Positions 20,582 through 31,031 of a stretch of 64,000 nucleotides of DNA are shown in pieces. Source of the DNA: Ginsengibacter sp. (lineage in GTDB: Bacteria; Bacteroidota; Bacteroidia; Chitinophagales; Chitinophagaceae). Position numbers and translations under genes: made by a program. The stretch's first letter is position 1. Each line of letters opens with the position of its first letter. The notes under the pieces are model-generated. The model saw only the letters and a list, made by a program, of their open reading frames with translations, was not told where the DNA came from and ran no database searches. The stretch covers positions 1,234-65,233 of the forward strand of contig JBDTKU010000118.1 of assembly GCA_039935135.1 (NCBI GenBank). Reading direction: 5' to 3'.

Positions 20582-20592
20582 ATCCTAAAAAC

Positions 20593-20810
20593 GTCGAGTT
20601 ATCAAATAAATGGGAGTTTCACTTGCAAGTCTCTCACCTAACCGTACTTGAAAGTCTTCACACGGCTCATCTTATTATTCTCTAATTACTCATCTGTACT
20701 CTTTTAAAATGATAAAACAATCCTGATTATTATATCTTTATTTTCTGTAGTTGTTGCAAGGATTTCATGACCCATGCTTATTCTTTTTAGCTGTCCACTT
20801 AATCAGCTTA
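20593..20810 (-). mobile_element. Degenerate group II intron 3' remnant (domains V-VI plus decayed maturase tail)
   Basis: Minus strand GAGCCGTGTGAAGACTTTCAAGTACGGTT (DV-like), then GGTGAGAG..GTGAAACTCCC..ACTCGAC (DVI/3' end); upstream codons for LIKWTAKKNK and LFYHFK. Confidence 0.75.
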
Positions 20811-20869
20811 TCCTCCGGCGAGTATCTGCAAGAAAACGCCCCACTTTTTCTAAGCCACTAAACAGAGAT

Positions 20870-21475
20870 TTAATAATAAGGGCTTATCAGTAAGTAAACT
20901 ACTACCCCACTTACTGCTACATACAGCCATATAGGCCAGGTAATTCTCGCCAACTTTTTGTGTTTCTGATAATCCGCAGACAGCCCACGGTAAGCAGTGA
21001 ATAAAATAAAAGGGAGGATGATGCCTGCTAAAGGAATATGAGTAATCAGGATGGCATAATACACGTAGCGAAGTGAGCCGGCCAGTGCCTTTTCATCGGG
21101 AGAAACAATGCCATCATGATTCAAATCGCCAAACCGGGTTTCTCCACTAAAGAGATGATGACAAACATAAGAGATTAAAAAAAGAACCGACAGAATGATC
21201 GCGGCGATCATTATTTTTTTATGAAGAATATAATTTTTCTTTTTTACTGCTAAAAGTGCAGCCACTAATAAAACGGCTACCAGCGAATTGACAATCGCAT
21301 TAAAAGCAGCAAAGACATGTAGATCAAATCCAAGATGGGCATTTAATTTAATTCCCGAAAGAGCCGCAATAGCTACGAATACAAAAACTGAAACAGACCA
21401 TATTAAAATGCGCGCGGTCTTATCATTCTTTTTTAAAACAGGCTTAGGGAATTTGTTGGGTATATTGGGATTCAT
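20870..21475 (-). CDS. DUF420 membrane protein
   Basis: HKKIM, FLISYV.HH, HKKLARITWPIWLYVAVSG; last gene of cox operon. Confidence 0.9.
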   Translation of the reverse strand: MNPNIPNKFPKPVLKKNDKTARILIWSVSVFVFVAIAALSGIKLNAHLGFDLHVFAAFNAIVNSLVAVLLVAALLAVKKKNYILHKKIMIAAIILSVLFLISYVCHHLFSGETRFGDLNHDGIVSPDEKALAGSLRYVYYAILITHIPLAGIILPFILFTAYRGLSADYQKHKKLARITWPIWLYVAVSGVVVYLLISPYY

Positions 21476-21483
21476 TTCTTTAT

Positions 21484-22197
21484 TTAACCGGCTTTAAAAA
21501 GACCTTTCATAAAATCTTTGAAAGTACTTTTTTGATCCTTCTCGAGCATCAGCAATGGAATGTCACGTACTAACCTTGATTGTGCAACAGAATCCAGTCC
21601 ATTGAACCATCCTCTTACCACACGCTCTTTATCCAAAAGGAAAAAGTTTTCGGTGTGAATGAAAGCTGTATCAACATCAGCATCAGCTACACTTGCCTTT
21701 AATTCGCTAAGAGCAAATTTATAGGTACGCTCCTTGTTGCCGGTGCCCAACCACCAGCTATCGGGATTGATATTAAATTTATTGGCCCATTTGCGTAACT
21801 GCGCAAGCGAATCATGTTCAGGGTCAATAGAGATAGAAACAAACTGAACAATAGAATCATTATTGGGGAAAGAACTTTGAAGCTTTTTCATTGCAACGGC
21901 AAGTTTTGGACATATTGTTGGGCAATGGGTAAAAAAGAAATCCAAAACTATAATTTTCCCTTTCAAATCATTCAGAGAAACTTGTTGCCCCAGTTGATTG
22001 GTAAAGTGAAGATTTTCTACATGATGCCACGCGGTGTCGTAAGAAAACTTCCCATTTTTTTGCGAAACATTTACGCTATCATAAAAATAGCGATGAGGCA
22101 TTTGCACTGCTCTGCCACTGTAATAACTTACCAACAGATAACCGGTTAAGGGTAATAAAATTGCTACAATTAAGGCAGTGAAAGCTTTTTTGTTCAT
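21484..22197 (-). CDS. SCO family copper chaperone
   Basis: FFTHCPTICP, ISIDPEHDS, HTENFFL. Confidence 0.93.
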   Translation of the reverse strand: MNKKAFTALIVAILLPLTGYLLVSYYSGRAVQMPHRYFYDSVNVSQKNGKFSYDTAWHHVENLHFTNQLGQQVSLNDLKGKIIVLDFFFTHCPTICPKLAVAMKKLQSSFPNNDSIVQFVSISIDPEHDSLAQLRKWANKFNINPDSWWLGTGNKERTYKFALSELKASVADADVDTAFIHTENFFLLDKERVVRGWFNGLDSVAQSRLVRDIPLLMLEKDQKSTFKDFMKGLFKAG

Positions 22198-22278
22198 AAT
22201 ATGGGTAAAGCAAAATTAGCCATTGCGAAGGGCAACAGCTAATTTAAAAGTGTGTAAGTGCAGGTTTTAACCTAATTT

Positions 22279-22728
22279 TTAATCTAATTTTTTATCGCTT
22301 TTTTCAGCAGGTTCTGCCACCGGGTGGTGAAATTGTTGAGGCACAGGATTATACTTTCGAATTCCAGCATCTGTATTTCTTAGATTTCTATAGGAGATAC
22401 CATCTGCAATAAAGGCGATAATAAACCAAACAAATAAAAGTGCTGGTAAGGCCACTGACAAAATCATTGTCCTCACTTCATCTCCAAGATGCATGAATAT
22501 TGAAATAATGTAAAACGCCTTTGCCAGTGTAAAAATACAAATGACCCCTTTGATGACTAAGACGAGTGATTCGTTAGGATCAGCTCCCAAATCAATGTAG
22601 TAAATAGTTAACCCTAACGCGAGTTCTAAAACAGTTAGAATTAATAATATCCAGAATGCTTTCCATATTCTTTTTACATGAGCAACATCCTCGGCGGTTG
22701 TTTCTAAATGTGTTGATTCTGCAGACAT
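22279..22728 (-). CDS. ctaF: Cytochrome c oxidase subunit IV family protein
   Basis: KAFYIISIFMHL; operon position. Confidence 0.85.
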   Translation of the reverse strand: MSAESTHLETTAEDVAHVKRIWKAFWILLILTVLELALGLTIYYIDLGADPNESLVLVIKGVICIFTLAKAFYIISIFMHLGDEVRTMILSVALPALLFVWFIIAFIADGISYRNLRNTDAGIRKYNPVPQQFHHPVAEPAEKSDKKLD

Positions 22729-22785
22729 AAATTTTCTTTAAATGCTATAAGTTGAAAAATATTTAATTATTGGCTTTTGGCTTGG

Positions 22786-23520
22786 TTAGATAAGATAAAA
22801 ACAAAGGAAAACAAATACCCACACGAGATCTACAAAGTGCCAGTAAAGTCCTGTTTTTTCAATCATTTCGTAATGACCCCGTTTGGAAAAATCGCCGCGT
22901 TTAGTTTTAATCAGCATAATAATATTTATGGTAACACCGGTAAAAACATGGAATCCATGGAATCCGGTAATACCAAAAAAGTATCCTCCAAAAGCAACCG
23001 GTCCCGGTGTTGCCACCTGTTGTCCGTTAAACATTACATCAGGCCCCCATGGATTGTGGCTCATTGTTGTGCCCCAATGCTCAATTGTTCCATTCACTAA
23101 AACTGCGTGCTGAGCGGTAATTAAGTGTGTCCATTCCCAGGCCTGGCAACCTAAAAACGCTAGGCCGCCTAAAATAGTCAGAGCTAACCATTTTTCAACG
23201 CCCTTTTGATTCATTTTGTGACCTTCATGTACAGCAAGTACCATTGTCACAGAACTCATGATCAGGATAAAAGTCATAAGACTCACAAAAGCGAGTGGAA
23301 GATTAGCCTCAGTGAAAGGGAATTCATTAAAAACGTAATTATGATCTACCCAATGATTAAGGCTAAAACGAATGGTTCCGTAGGAAATCAAAAAAGCGCC
23401 AAAAGTAAAAGAGTCGCTCAATAAAAAATACCACATCATCGTTTTGCCGTAGCTTACATTAAAGGGGCTTCTGCCACCTGCCCACACTTTAGATTTTGCT
23501 TTCGCTATCGCAGTTTCCAT
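22786..23520 (-). CDS. ctaE: Cytochrome c oxidase subunit III (second copy, CoxP-like)
   Basis: TGFHGFHV, GLYWHFVDLVW. Confidence 0.92.
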   Translation of the reverse strand: METAIAKAKSKVWAGGRSPFNVSYGKTMMWYFLLSDSFTFGAFLISYGTIRFSLNHWVDHNYVFNEFPFTEANLPLAFVSLMTFILIMSSVTMVLAVHEGHKMNQKGVEKWLALTILGGLAFLGCQAWEWTHLITAQHAVLVNGTIEHWGTTMSHNPWGPDVMFNGQQVATPGPVAFGGYFFGITGFHGFHVFTGVTINIIMLIKTKRGDFSKRGHYEMIEKTGLYWHFVDLVWVFVFLCFYLI

Positions 23521-23615
23521 TTATTATTCGTTAAAAGGTTATTACAAAAATAAATTTAATTGTTTATTATGTGCTGTTTATTTAATTGGTTAAAATCAAT
23601 TGGTAAAGCCATATA

Positions 23616-23649
23616 CAGTAAACAAACATTTTATCATAATTCTTATTTT
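23616..23649 (-). repeat. 34-bp dispersed site, copy G
   Basis: Minus strand AAAATAAGAAT TATGA TAAAATGTTTGTTTACTG, 2 bp after the upstream stop. Confidence 0.75.
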
Positions 23650-23651
23650 AT

Positions 23652-24218
23652 TTATCCCATAAATATTAAAAAAACCAGGAGGTAGATCCAAAGAAAATCT
23701 ACAAAATGCCAATAAGTATTCATGAGATCGATATACAACGGGTTATAGTTTTTTCTTTTTCTGCTGTAAGATTTAAGATACATTACCAGCAACGCTGCAG
23801 CTCCGCCAAGTACGTGTATAGCGTGTACTCCCACAATTACATACAAAAACGAAAAGGACACATTCCGGGTAATAGTCTGGCCACTTGCCCACAATTCTTT
23901 AAATCCATAATATTGAAGAAATATAAATAATAAACCGAGAACAACACTAAAGAAAAGCCACATTTTGTATTGCTTCATCTGCCTGTCCATAAATGCTTTC
24001 CGACTTAGAATCAAGGTTAAGCTACTCAAAAGGATCACTGCAGTTGAATAATAAAAAATTACCGGGACGTCGTAGGTGATCCAGTTTGCCTGGTTACGTT
24101 TCACAATATAGGCGCTGCATAATCCCGCAAAGATCATTACAATGCTGGCACAGCCAGCATACATAACAAACTTAAGTGGGTGTATTAATTTCTTTTCTTG
24201 CTTCATTACAGCTATCAT
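23652..24218 (-). CDS. ctaE: Cytochrome c oxidase subunit III (first copy, CoxO-like)
   Basis: GVHAIHVLGG, YWHFVDFLW. Confidence 0.9.
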   Translation of the reverse strand: MIAVMKQEKKLIHPLKFVMYAGCASIVMIFAGLCSAYIVKRNQANWITYDVPVIFYYSTAVILLSSLTLILSRKAFMDRQMKQYKMWLFFSVVLGLLFIFLQYYGFKELWASGQTITRNVSFSFLYVIVGVHAIHVLGGAAALLVMYLKSYSRKRKNYNPLYIDLMNTYWHFVDFLWIYLLVFLIFMG

Positions 24219-24240
24219 ATATACAATTTTTTCTTCTTAA

Positions 24241-25206
24241 TTAAATTTTATCAAATAATAAAGTAAGAAAAACAATCATCAGGTAAAAGTAAGAACTGAA
24301 CATTACTCTTCTTGCCGCCGGGGCATTCATTTTTAAAACCAGTAGAATACTTACAAATACCATCCATAAATTACAAAATAGCAATACCCAAAAAGATAAA
24401 ATTCCTCCAATGTGAAAATAATACGGTAGCATACCTACCGGTACCATCATCATCGAATAAATTACGGTTTGTATTGCTGAAAATTTAGTAGGCCCCAGCC
24501 TGCTCGGCAATAATTTAAATCCAGCCTTATCATAATCTTTATGTGCTAACCATGCAATGGCCCAAAAATGGGGAAATTGCCATATAAATTGAATAGCAAA
24601 CAAAATATATCCTCCATAATTCATAAAATGCACTACCTCTCCAGTAGATAACACTCCCTGGAATGAAGCAAACGGATTTAAATATCCGGTTCCCGCCACC
24701 CAGCCAATCAGGCAAGGTAAGGCTCCCGGAAAAGCACCTACAATTACAGATATAGAGTTCACTCTTTTTAAAGGAGTGTAAATAAATGCATAAAGAAATA
24801 AGCTAAATAAAGAAAGCAAAGCACTTTCAAAGTTGAACCAATACCACATTAACAAAACCCCAATTGCACTTGAAATAAAAGCAAAAGTGTAGGCTTCTTT
24901 CACGCTCATCCTTCCAGCCGCAACGGGCCTTCCGGCAGTCCGTTTCATTAGTGCATCTGTTTCCCGTTCTACGGTTTGATTAATAGCATTTGCAGCACCT
25001 GTAACGCACATCCCGGCGATAAACAATATTGTTATAGAGAGTAGGTTATAGTTTATATTGGGAGCAAGAAGATAACAAACAACGGAGCTAAATACCACCA
25101 GAAAGCTTAAAGTAAATTTGATCAATATAAAGTAATCCTTCACTTTAGCTGAGAGGGTGTATGAAAAAGAGTTTGGAACCGTGATTGTTTTATCCATTAA
25201 AAACAT
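24241..25206 (-). CDS. cyoE: Protoheme IX farnesyltransferase (heme o synthase)
   Basis: DALMKRTAGRP, YTPLKR, WQFPHFWA. Confidence 0.95.
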   Translation of the reverse strand: MFLMDKTITVPNSFSYTLSAKVKDYFILIKFTLSFLVVFSSVVCYLLAPNINYNLLSITILFIAGMCVTGAANAINQTVERETDALMKRTAGRPVAAGRMSVKEAYTFAFISSAIGVLLMWYWFNFESALLSLFSLFLYAFIYTPLKRVNSISVIVGAFPGALPCLIGWVAGTGYLNPFASFQGVLSTGEVVHFMNYGGYILFAIQFIWQFPHFWAIAWLAHKDYDKAGFKLLPSRLGPTKFSAIQTVIYSMMMVPVGMLPYYFHIGGILSFWVLLFCNLWMVFVSILLVLKMNAPAARRVMFSSYFYLMIVFLTLLFDKI

Positions 25207-25212
25207 TCTTTT

Positions 25213-25238
25213 AAAAAAAGCCCTGAATTAACAGGGCT
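25213..25238 (-). terminator. Intrinsic terminator/stabilising hairpin after cox subunit I
   Basis: AGCCCTG/CAGGGCT stem with U-run on minus strand. Confidence 0.65.
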
Positions 25239-25283
25239 AATGAATTCAGATAAATATTATTTATTAAATAATTATTTTAACCC

Positions 25284-27095
25284 TTAATGCTGTGTTTCCG
25301 AAGAACCAATTGGCTCTGTTTGTGGGATAAAATCCCTGCCATCTTTACTATAATCGTATGGCCAACGATAAACTTCAGGAATTTCGCTATCCCAGTTTCC
25401 ATGTCCCGGATGAATAGGAGTAGTCCATTCCATAGTAGTTGCACCCCATGGATTCTTATTTTTATCAGTAACTTTTCTTCCTTTATACATAGAATAAAAG
25501 AAATTGAATATGAATAAAAACTGAGTGGCAAAAACAATAATTGCAACCACACTAATGAAAGCATTCAACCCCTCAAACATTTTAAATGATTCCCAGTTAC
25601 TAAAATCATAATAGCGGCGTGGCATACCGGCCAGACCTTCGTAGTGCATCGGCCAAAAAATCAGATACGCGCCGGCCAGGGTTACCCAAAAGTGGATATA
25701 AGAAAGGGTATTATTCATAAACCTACCGAACATTTTTGGATACCAATGGTATAGTCCTGCAAACATACCAAACATAGACGCTACCCCCATCACAAGGTGG
25801 AAATGGGCAATTACGAAATAAGTATCATGCAAGTGCAGATCGAGAGCAGAATTACCTAACCAAATACCTGTTAAACCTCCCGAAATAAATAAGCTAACGA
25901 AACCAATTGCAAAAAGCATCGCAGGCGTGAAATGTATATTTCCTTTCCATAGCGTCGTCAACCAGTTAAATACTTTAATGGCTGAAGGCACCGCGATCAA
26001 AAGTGTAAACAAAACAAAGAAAGATCCGAGGAACGGATTCATTCCGGATACAAACATGTGGTGAGCCCATACCAAAAATGACAATGAAGCGATGGCAAAG
26101 AATGAAGCCACCATCGCCATATATCCAAAGATAGGCTTGCGTGCGTTGGTAGAAATCACTTCTGAGGTAATGCCCATCGCCGGGAGTGCAATTATATAAA
26201 CTTCAGGGTGGCCAAGAAACCAGAACAAGTGTTGGAACAAGATGGGGCTCCCTCCTTCATTCGGTAATATTTTACCATTTATATAAATATCGCTCAGGAA
26301 AAAACTAGTACCCAAATGACGGTCGATCAAAAGCAAAACAACGGCTGATAACAATACAGGAAATGTCAGTACTCCCAAAATAGCCGTGAAAAGGAAAGAC
26401 CATATAGTAAGAGGCAGCCTTGTCATATACATACCCTTGGTACGCATATTGAGTATAGTAGTAATGTAATTCAATCCTCCTAAAAGAGTAGAAATAATAA
26501 ATAAGCCTATGCTTGCCAACCAGAAATCCATCCCCGCCTTTGAGCCATCCATCGCATCCCCCAATGCGCTCAATGGTGGGTAAATAGTCCAGCCTCCACT
26601 CGCAGGTCCTGTAGTCAAAAACAAGGAAGAGAACATTATAATTGACGCTCCAAAGAAAAACCAGTAGGAAAGCATATTAAGAAATGGCGAAGCCATATCT
26701 CGTGCTCCGATTTGAAGAGGAATAAGGTAATTTGAAAAAGTACCGCTCAATCCTGCAGTAAGTACAAAAAACACAAGAATGGTACCGTGCATAGTCACAA
26801 GGGCATAATAAAATTCAGTGTCAAGCCTGCCACCCTGCGCCCAATGGCCAAAGATGTCTTCCAGCCAGGGAAAAGTCTGATCAGGAAAACCTAATTGCAA
26901 ACGGAATATCACGGAAAAGAATCCTCCGATAACTGCCCATATAATACCCGTAATCACAAATTGATGAGAAATCATCTTATGATCCTCGCTAAAAATGTAC
27001 TTTGTGATGAAACTTTGTTTGTGATGTGCATGAGTAGCATGGTCCGTTTCATGCACCACCAGCGGCTTTTCATGCAAAACTTCTTCGTTGTCCAT
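25284..27095 (-). CDS. ctaD: Cytochrome c oxidase subunit I (type A1)
   Basis: GHPEVY, WAHHM, HDTYFVIAHFH, GMPRR. Confidence 0.97.
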   Translation of the reverse strand: MDNEEVLHEKPLVVHETDHATHAHHKQSFITKYIFSEDHKMISHQFVITGIIWAVIGGFFSVIFRLQLGFPDQTFPWLEDIFGHWAQGGRLDTEFYYALVTMHGTILVFFVLTAGLSGTFSNYLIPLQIGARDMASPFLNMLSYWFFFGASIIMFSSLFLTTGPASGGWTIYPPLSALGDAMDGSKAGMDFWLASIGLFIISTLLGGLNYITTILNMRTKGMYMTRLPLTIWSFLFTAILGVLTFPVLLSAVVLLLIDRHLGTSFFLSDIYINGKILPNEGGSPILFQHLFWFLGHPEVYIIALPAMGITSEVISTNARKPIFGYMAMVASFFAIASLSFLVWAHHMFVSGMNPFLGSFFVLFTLLIAVPSAIKVFNWLTTLWKGNIHFTPAMLFAIGFVSLFISGGLTGIWLGNSALDLHLHDTYFVIAHFHLVMGVASMFGMFAGLYHWYPKMFGRFMNNTLSYIHFWVTLAGAYLIFWPMHYEGLAGMPRRYYDFSNWESFKMFEGLNAFISVVAIIVFATQFLFIFNFFYSMYKGRKVTDKNKNPWGATTMEWTTPIHPGHGNWDSEIPEVYRWPYDYSKDGRDFIPQTEPIGSSETQH

Positions 27096-27137
27096 AATGA
27101 TATTTTTTAAAGATCCTTTCGGAAATTGATTTATAAA

Positions 27138-28184
27138 TTATTGACCGGGAGTATTTCCCAGTGCTACAGTTTTGGCAGAATTAGATGTAGCATTTGCAAT
27201 GAATTCTTTTGCCTTGCGATATTCCGGTCTCTGCTTTATCATCCATTCGTTGAATTCCTTTTGAGTTTCAACCACGATCACGCCTCTCATACTAAAATGC
27301 CCTTTACCACATAACTGATCGCAAACTATTTCATAAGCAAAATCAGGATTCCCTGTCCGCTTTTTCATTTCGGCTGTAGTGTAGATTGGGGTAAACCATT
27401 CCGTTGTTGGAGTTCCAGGAACTGCATCCATTTTTATACGAAATGCCGGAAGACCTACATCGTGTATTACATCCATCGAATAGATTACAAACTTAACTGG
27501 CCTATTGACCACAACATGTACAGTAGTAGCCACATGAATGTCATCATGACTTGCTGCATCAGACCAATCAACACCCAACGGATTTTGCTTCGCCGGATCA
27601 ATTAATTTATAATTCTTCCTACCCAGAATTCCATCCTTTCCCGGATACCTAAACTCCCAGGCAAATTGATGGCCTGTAATCTCTACTACCTGCGCATTCT
27701 TAGGCGCATCCCCGGTAAATTTGAACCAATATTTTAATCCAAATACAACAAGTATAGTAAGCGTTATGGCTGGGACACCTGTCCAGATAATTTCAAGTTT
27801 GTTGCTATGAGTAAAATAAAGAGCTTTTCTTTTATCTGATTCCTGGTATCTGAAGGAGAACCAGAACAACAAAATTTGAGTGACAAAGAAAACGATACCG
27901 GTGATAATAATAGTAATCCACATCATGGTATCTATACTTTTACCCTGGGAAGAGGCCGCTCCATAAGAAAATAATGTTTTGTGGTAAAGAAGGTCGTTAC
28001 ACCACCAAACACCAATCAATCCAAGAACCAAAAAAACGATCATTAAAAAGCCGTTGATCTTATTATCTTGTTTCCTCGCTTTCTCTTCACCTTTCAGAAT
28101 GCTGACATATTCGCTGGCCTTTGAAATCTGAAAAATCACAATAAAAACAAGTATAACAATCGCTATTAAAAAAAAGGTATTCAT
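27138..28184 (-). CDS. ctaC: Cytochrome c oxidase subunit II
   Basis: DVIH and CDQLCGKGHFSM CuA site. Confidence 0.96.
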   Translation of the reverse strand: MNTFFLIAIVILVFIVIFQISKASEYVSILKGEEKARKQDNKINGFLMIVFLVLGLIGVWWCNDLLYHKTLFSYGAASSQGKSIDTMMWITIIITGIVFFVTQILLFWFSFRYQESDKRKALYFTHSNKLEIIWTGVPAITLTILVVFGLKYWFKFTGDAPKNAQVVEITGHQFAWEFRYPGKDGILGRKNYKLIDPAKQNPLGVDWSDAASHDDIHVATTVHVVVNRPVKFVIYSMDVIHDVGLPAFRIKMDAVPGTPTTEWFTPIYTTAEMKKRTGNPDFAYEIVCDQLCGKGHFSMRGVIVVETQKEFNEWMIKQRPEYRKAKEFIANATSNSAKTVALGNTPGQ

Positions 28185-28394
28185 GTTACTTTATTTTTCC
28201 TGATCCGTCATCCGGATTATTATTTATACTTTCGCTGCGTCGCAGTAATTAACTCTTAAACCATTACTAATTAGGCTCTTTAGTGAGAACGTAAAAAGTT
28301 TTTTTTCTAAATTTTGATCGATCAAAGGTACGTTTAAGATTCATTCAAACCCCAGAACATTTATCAAAATTTTCAATTTATCCTAACCATTCCA

Positions 28395-29630
28395 TTAGAC
28401 AAAGTGAACAATACTTTCTTTAATAAAAGGATTATTCTTCGGTGTCATTGAGAACCTGGTTGCAAACCTGTTTACGCCCCACATGACTATCCCTACAAAT
28501 CCTAATGAAATGCCGATTTCATACCAACTAATATGTGGATGGAATTTCACAGTGCCTGGCATTATCATTTGATAAAAATCCAGCCAGTGTCCCACAATAA
28601 TCAAAATACACATAAAGGTTACTATAAAATAATTTCTCTTGGTAGCTCTTTTCATAAAGATCAGAATCGGTGCCACAAAGTTCAATACAAGGTTCAGGTA
28701 AAACAATCCTTCATAAGGGCCCTGCAAACGCATCTTAAAATATATCGTCTCTTCCGGAATATTACCATACCACTGAAGCATAAACTGGTCGAACCACAGG
28801 TAAGTCCAAAAGATAGAAAACGCGAACATATATTTTCCTAAATCCTGCAAATGCTCCTTATTTACAAAAGGCAACTGTCCACGATTCTTAAAATAAATTA
28901 CAAATAAGGTAAGTAATGCAATTCCGGCAACAAACTGGCTACCAAATGTGTACCAGCTAAACATTGTACTGAACCAATGAGTATCAATGCTCATAATCCA
29001 TAACCAGGGAATTATTGATCCAACAGTCACCACGTAAAAAACCACGTAATACGCAGAAACTCCCAACGTTTTTTTATACCATTTTTTTGAAGTTTCATAA
29101 TCCATGGTGCCGGCCTCGTCACTTTTTAGGCTCAAATCCCGTAACTTCTTTCCCCAATAAGACCAGAGAAAAATAGTAAGTAGAGAATACAACAAAAATA
29201 CAGCAGGATTTAAAAAGCCAATTTTGCCTCTTACCACCACATCGTGCGCTAAAACATCCTTATCTAACCACATATAAATATCTCCACGATGGCCAAGCAC
29301 AATACAAAGAAAAACCACCATCGTAATTCCTCCCATCACCGGAACCACCGAAGAAAGTGCTTCCGTTACTCTGCGGAATGCTTCCTGCCAGCCGCTCATA
29401 GCTAATGTGTTGATCACAATAAAGAAGGTGGCCACATTTGTGAGCAACAACCAGAAAATACTGTTCAGAAGAAGGACTGACCAAAAACGAGTGCTGTTCA
29501 GATTATCTCCGTGCGCTCCCGCAATTGGGTTTAAAAATATGATACCGAGAATAAGGGTAAGTAAGCCGACTATCATTAATCCAGTTGACCACTTTTTAAA
29601 TCCCGCCGGTGCTACATACTGATTGTTCAT
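28395..29630 (-). CDS. actF: Alternative complex III subunit F
   Basis: Polytopic; WIMSIDTHWFST, FWTYLWFDQFMLQWYGNIPEE; position after actE. Confidence 0.9.
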   Translation of the reverse strand: MNNQYVAPAGFKKWSTGLMIVGLLTLILGIIFLNPIAGAHGDNLNSTRFWSVLLLNSIFWLLLTNVATFFIVINTLAMSGWQEAFRRVTEALSSVVPVMGGITMVVFLCIVLGHRGDIYMWLDKDVLAHDVVVRGKIGFLNPAVFLLYSLLTIFLWSYWGKKLRDLSLKSDEAGTMDYETSKKWYKKTLGVSAYYVVFYVVTVGSIIPWLWIMSIDTHWFSTMFSWYTFGSQFVAGIALLTLFVIYFKNRGQLPFVNKEHLQDLGKYMFAFSIFWTYLWFDQFMLQWYGNIPEETIYFKMRLQGPYEGLFYLNLVLNFVAPILIFMKRATKRNYFIVTFMCILIIVGHWLDFYQMIMPGTVKFHPHISWYEIGISLGFVGIVMWGVNRFATRFSMTPKNNPFIKESIVHFV

Positions 29631-29676
29631 TAAATAAAATATTTGTTGTATTAAATTATATTTTGTTCCTGGTTTA

Positions 29677-30294
29677 TCATTTCGAAGTTGAATCAGCCGC
29701 ATTCGCTGGAGTAGTACTTCCTCCGGCTATTTCCAACTGATGATGTTTTACATATTGTATTACCATCCATCTCTGCTTCCTGGTTAATTGAGAAGCATAA
29801 CTTCCCATATTATTCTTGCCATAAGTTACAGAATGAAACATCGTTCCTTCCGGCATCTTTAAGTAAGTTGATGTGGTAAGATTAGCCACCGCAGGAACTT
29901 TTCCACCTGTAGCCAACGGGCCTTGTGCGTCCATTTTTTCTCCATGACAAATAGCACAATTGATATTAAATAACCGGGCCGCCTCTTTCATTTCGCTGGA
30001 ATCAAGTGGAGGCAAAGGATCTTTTACCAAAGCGCTCAACCTGTAACCGTTAGTGTCATCCGGCAATGGATAAGGGAATAAATCACCTCTCCTGATCGTG
30101 CCTTCTACAGGATAAGGAACATATTTAATGTTTTCCTTAGCCAAATTATTGGGAGCATACGCTTCATAAGCGCGGCTATAAGTCATATCCGGCATATAAG
30201 TTAATCCCGGATCGCGTTTATTTCCACAGCTATTCATCAAAACAGCCACCGCTATTATTATTACAAAAGTTGAAAGAATTCTTATTTTTTTCAT
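29677..30294 (-). CDS. actE: Alternative complex III monoheme lipoprotein subunit E
   Basis: Lipobox Cys, YMPDM, single CAICH, MGSYASQL. Confidence 0.9.
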   Translation of the reverse strand: MKKIRILSTFVIIIAVAVLMNSCGNKRDPGLTYMPDMTYSRAYEAYAPNNLAKENIKYVPYPVEGTIRRGDLFPYPLPDDTNGYRLSALVKDPLPPLDSSEMKEAARLFNINCAICHGEKMDAQGPLATGGKVPAVANLTTSTYLKMPEGTMFHSVTYGKNNMGSYASQLTRKQRWMVIQYVKHHQLEIAGGSTTPANAADSTSK

Positions 30295-30343
30295 ATCTGA
30301 AATTCTTATTTCGATTTTTTTTTGTCATTTAAAAATCCAGGGC

Positions 30344-30377
30344 CAGTAAAGCAACAAATAAGATGTATTTTTATTTT
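30344..30377 (-). repeat. 34-bp dispersed site, copy H (consensus)
   Basis: Minus strand AAAATAAAAAT ACATC TTATTTGTTGCTTTACTG; overlaps actD stop codon. Confidence 0.92.
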
Positions 30378-30966
30378 ACTCTCCTACCGCCACTTCTTCA
30401 GTTCTATATAATTTCTGTTCTTTATCATATCTACCAAACCACCATCCGGCTTCAGCATCTTGTGTATTTATTTCTATTGCTCCATTTTCCTGCAAAAAGT
30501 TTTCAATTTCAGCAGGATTAGAATTGGGGGTGCATTCAATAACCATTGTCATCAGATCATCTGTTGATCTTAAATTAAAATGGTGTTTTTTAACTCCCGG
30601 CATCATTTGGCACAACCAGCAAAAAGTATAAACCATCCCGACAGCGGATAATAGAACTGTAAGCTCGAAAGCGATGGGAATAAAAGCAGGCAAAGGGAAA
30701 TGAGGCTTACCTCCAATATTTAGTGGCCAGTCAACGGCAAAAATATAACCCATTCCGCCAATAGCTATTGAAGTACCTGTGATACCGAAAATAAAACCCA
30801 TCGTGTGAATACTGGTTTCTCTTAGTCCCAGTGCTTTATCAAGCCCATGAATAGGAAACGGCGTGTACACATCGTGGATCTTATAGCCTGCTCTCCTGAC
30901 GTTCTTCACAGCAGGAAATAAAACCTTTTCATCTTCGAAGGAACCAACAACAAATTTTTTAATCAT
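30376..30966 (-). CDS. actD: Alternative complex III subunit D (DUF3341)
   Basis: YTPFPIHGLD, DWPLNIGGKP, PIAFELTVL. Confidence 0.92.
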   Translation of the reverse strand: MIKKFVVGSFEDEKVLFPAVKNVRRAGYKIHDVYTPFPIHGLDKALGLRETSIHTMGFIFGITGTSIAIGGMGYIFAVDWPLNIGGKPHFPLPAFIPIAFELTVLLSAVGMVYTFCWLCQMMPGVKKHHFNLRSTDDLMTMVIECTPNSNPAEIENFLQENGAIEINTQDAEAGWWFGRYDKEQKLYRTEEVAVGE

Positions 30967-31031
30967 ATCTCTTACCCTGCACGGGCTATTTAAATTAATA
31001 ATGCCTTTTCGTTTGCCGTTAAAAAAAACAA

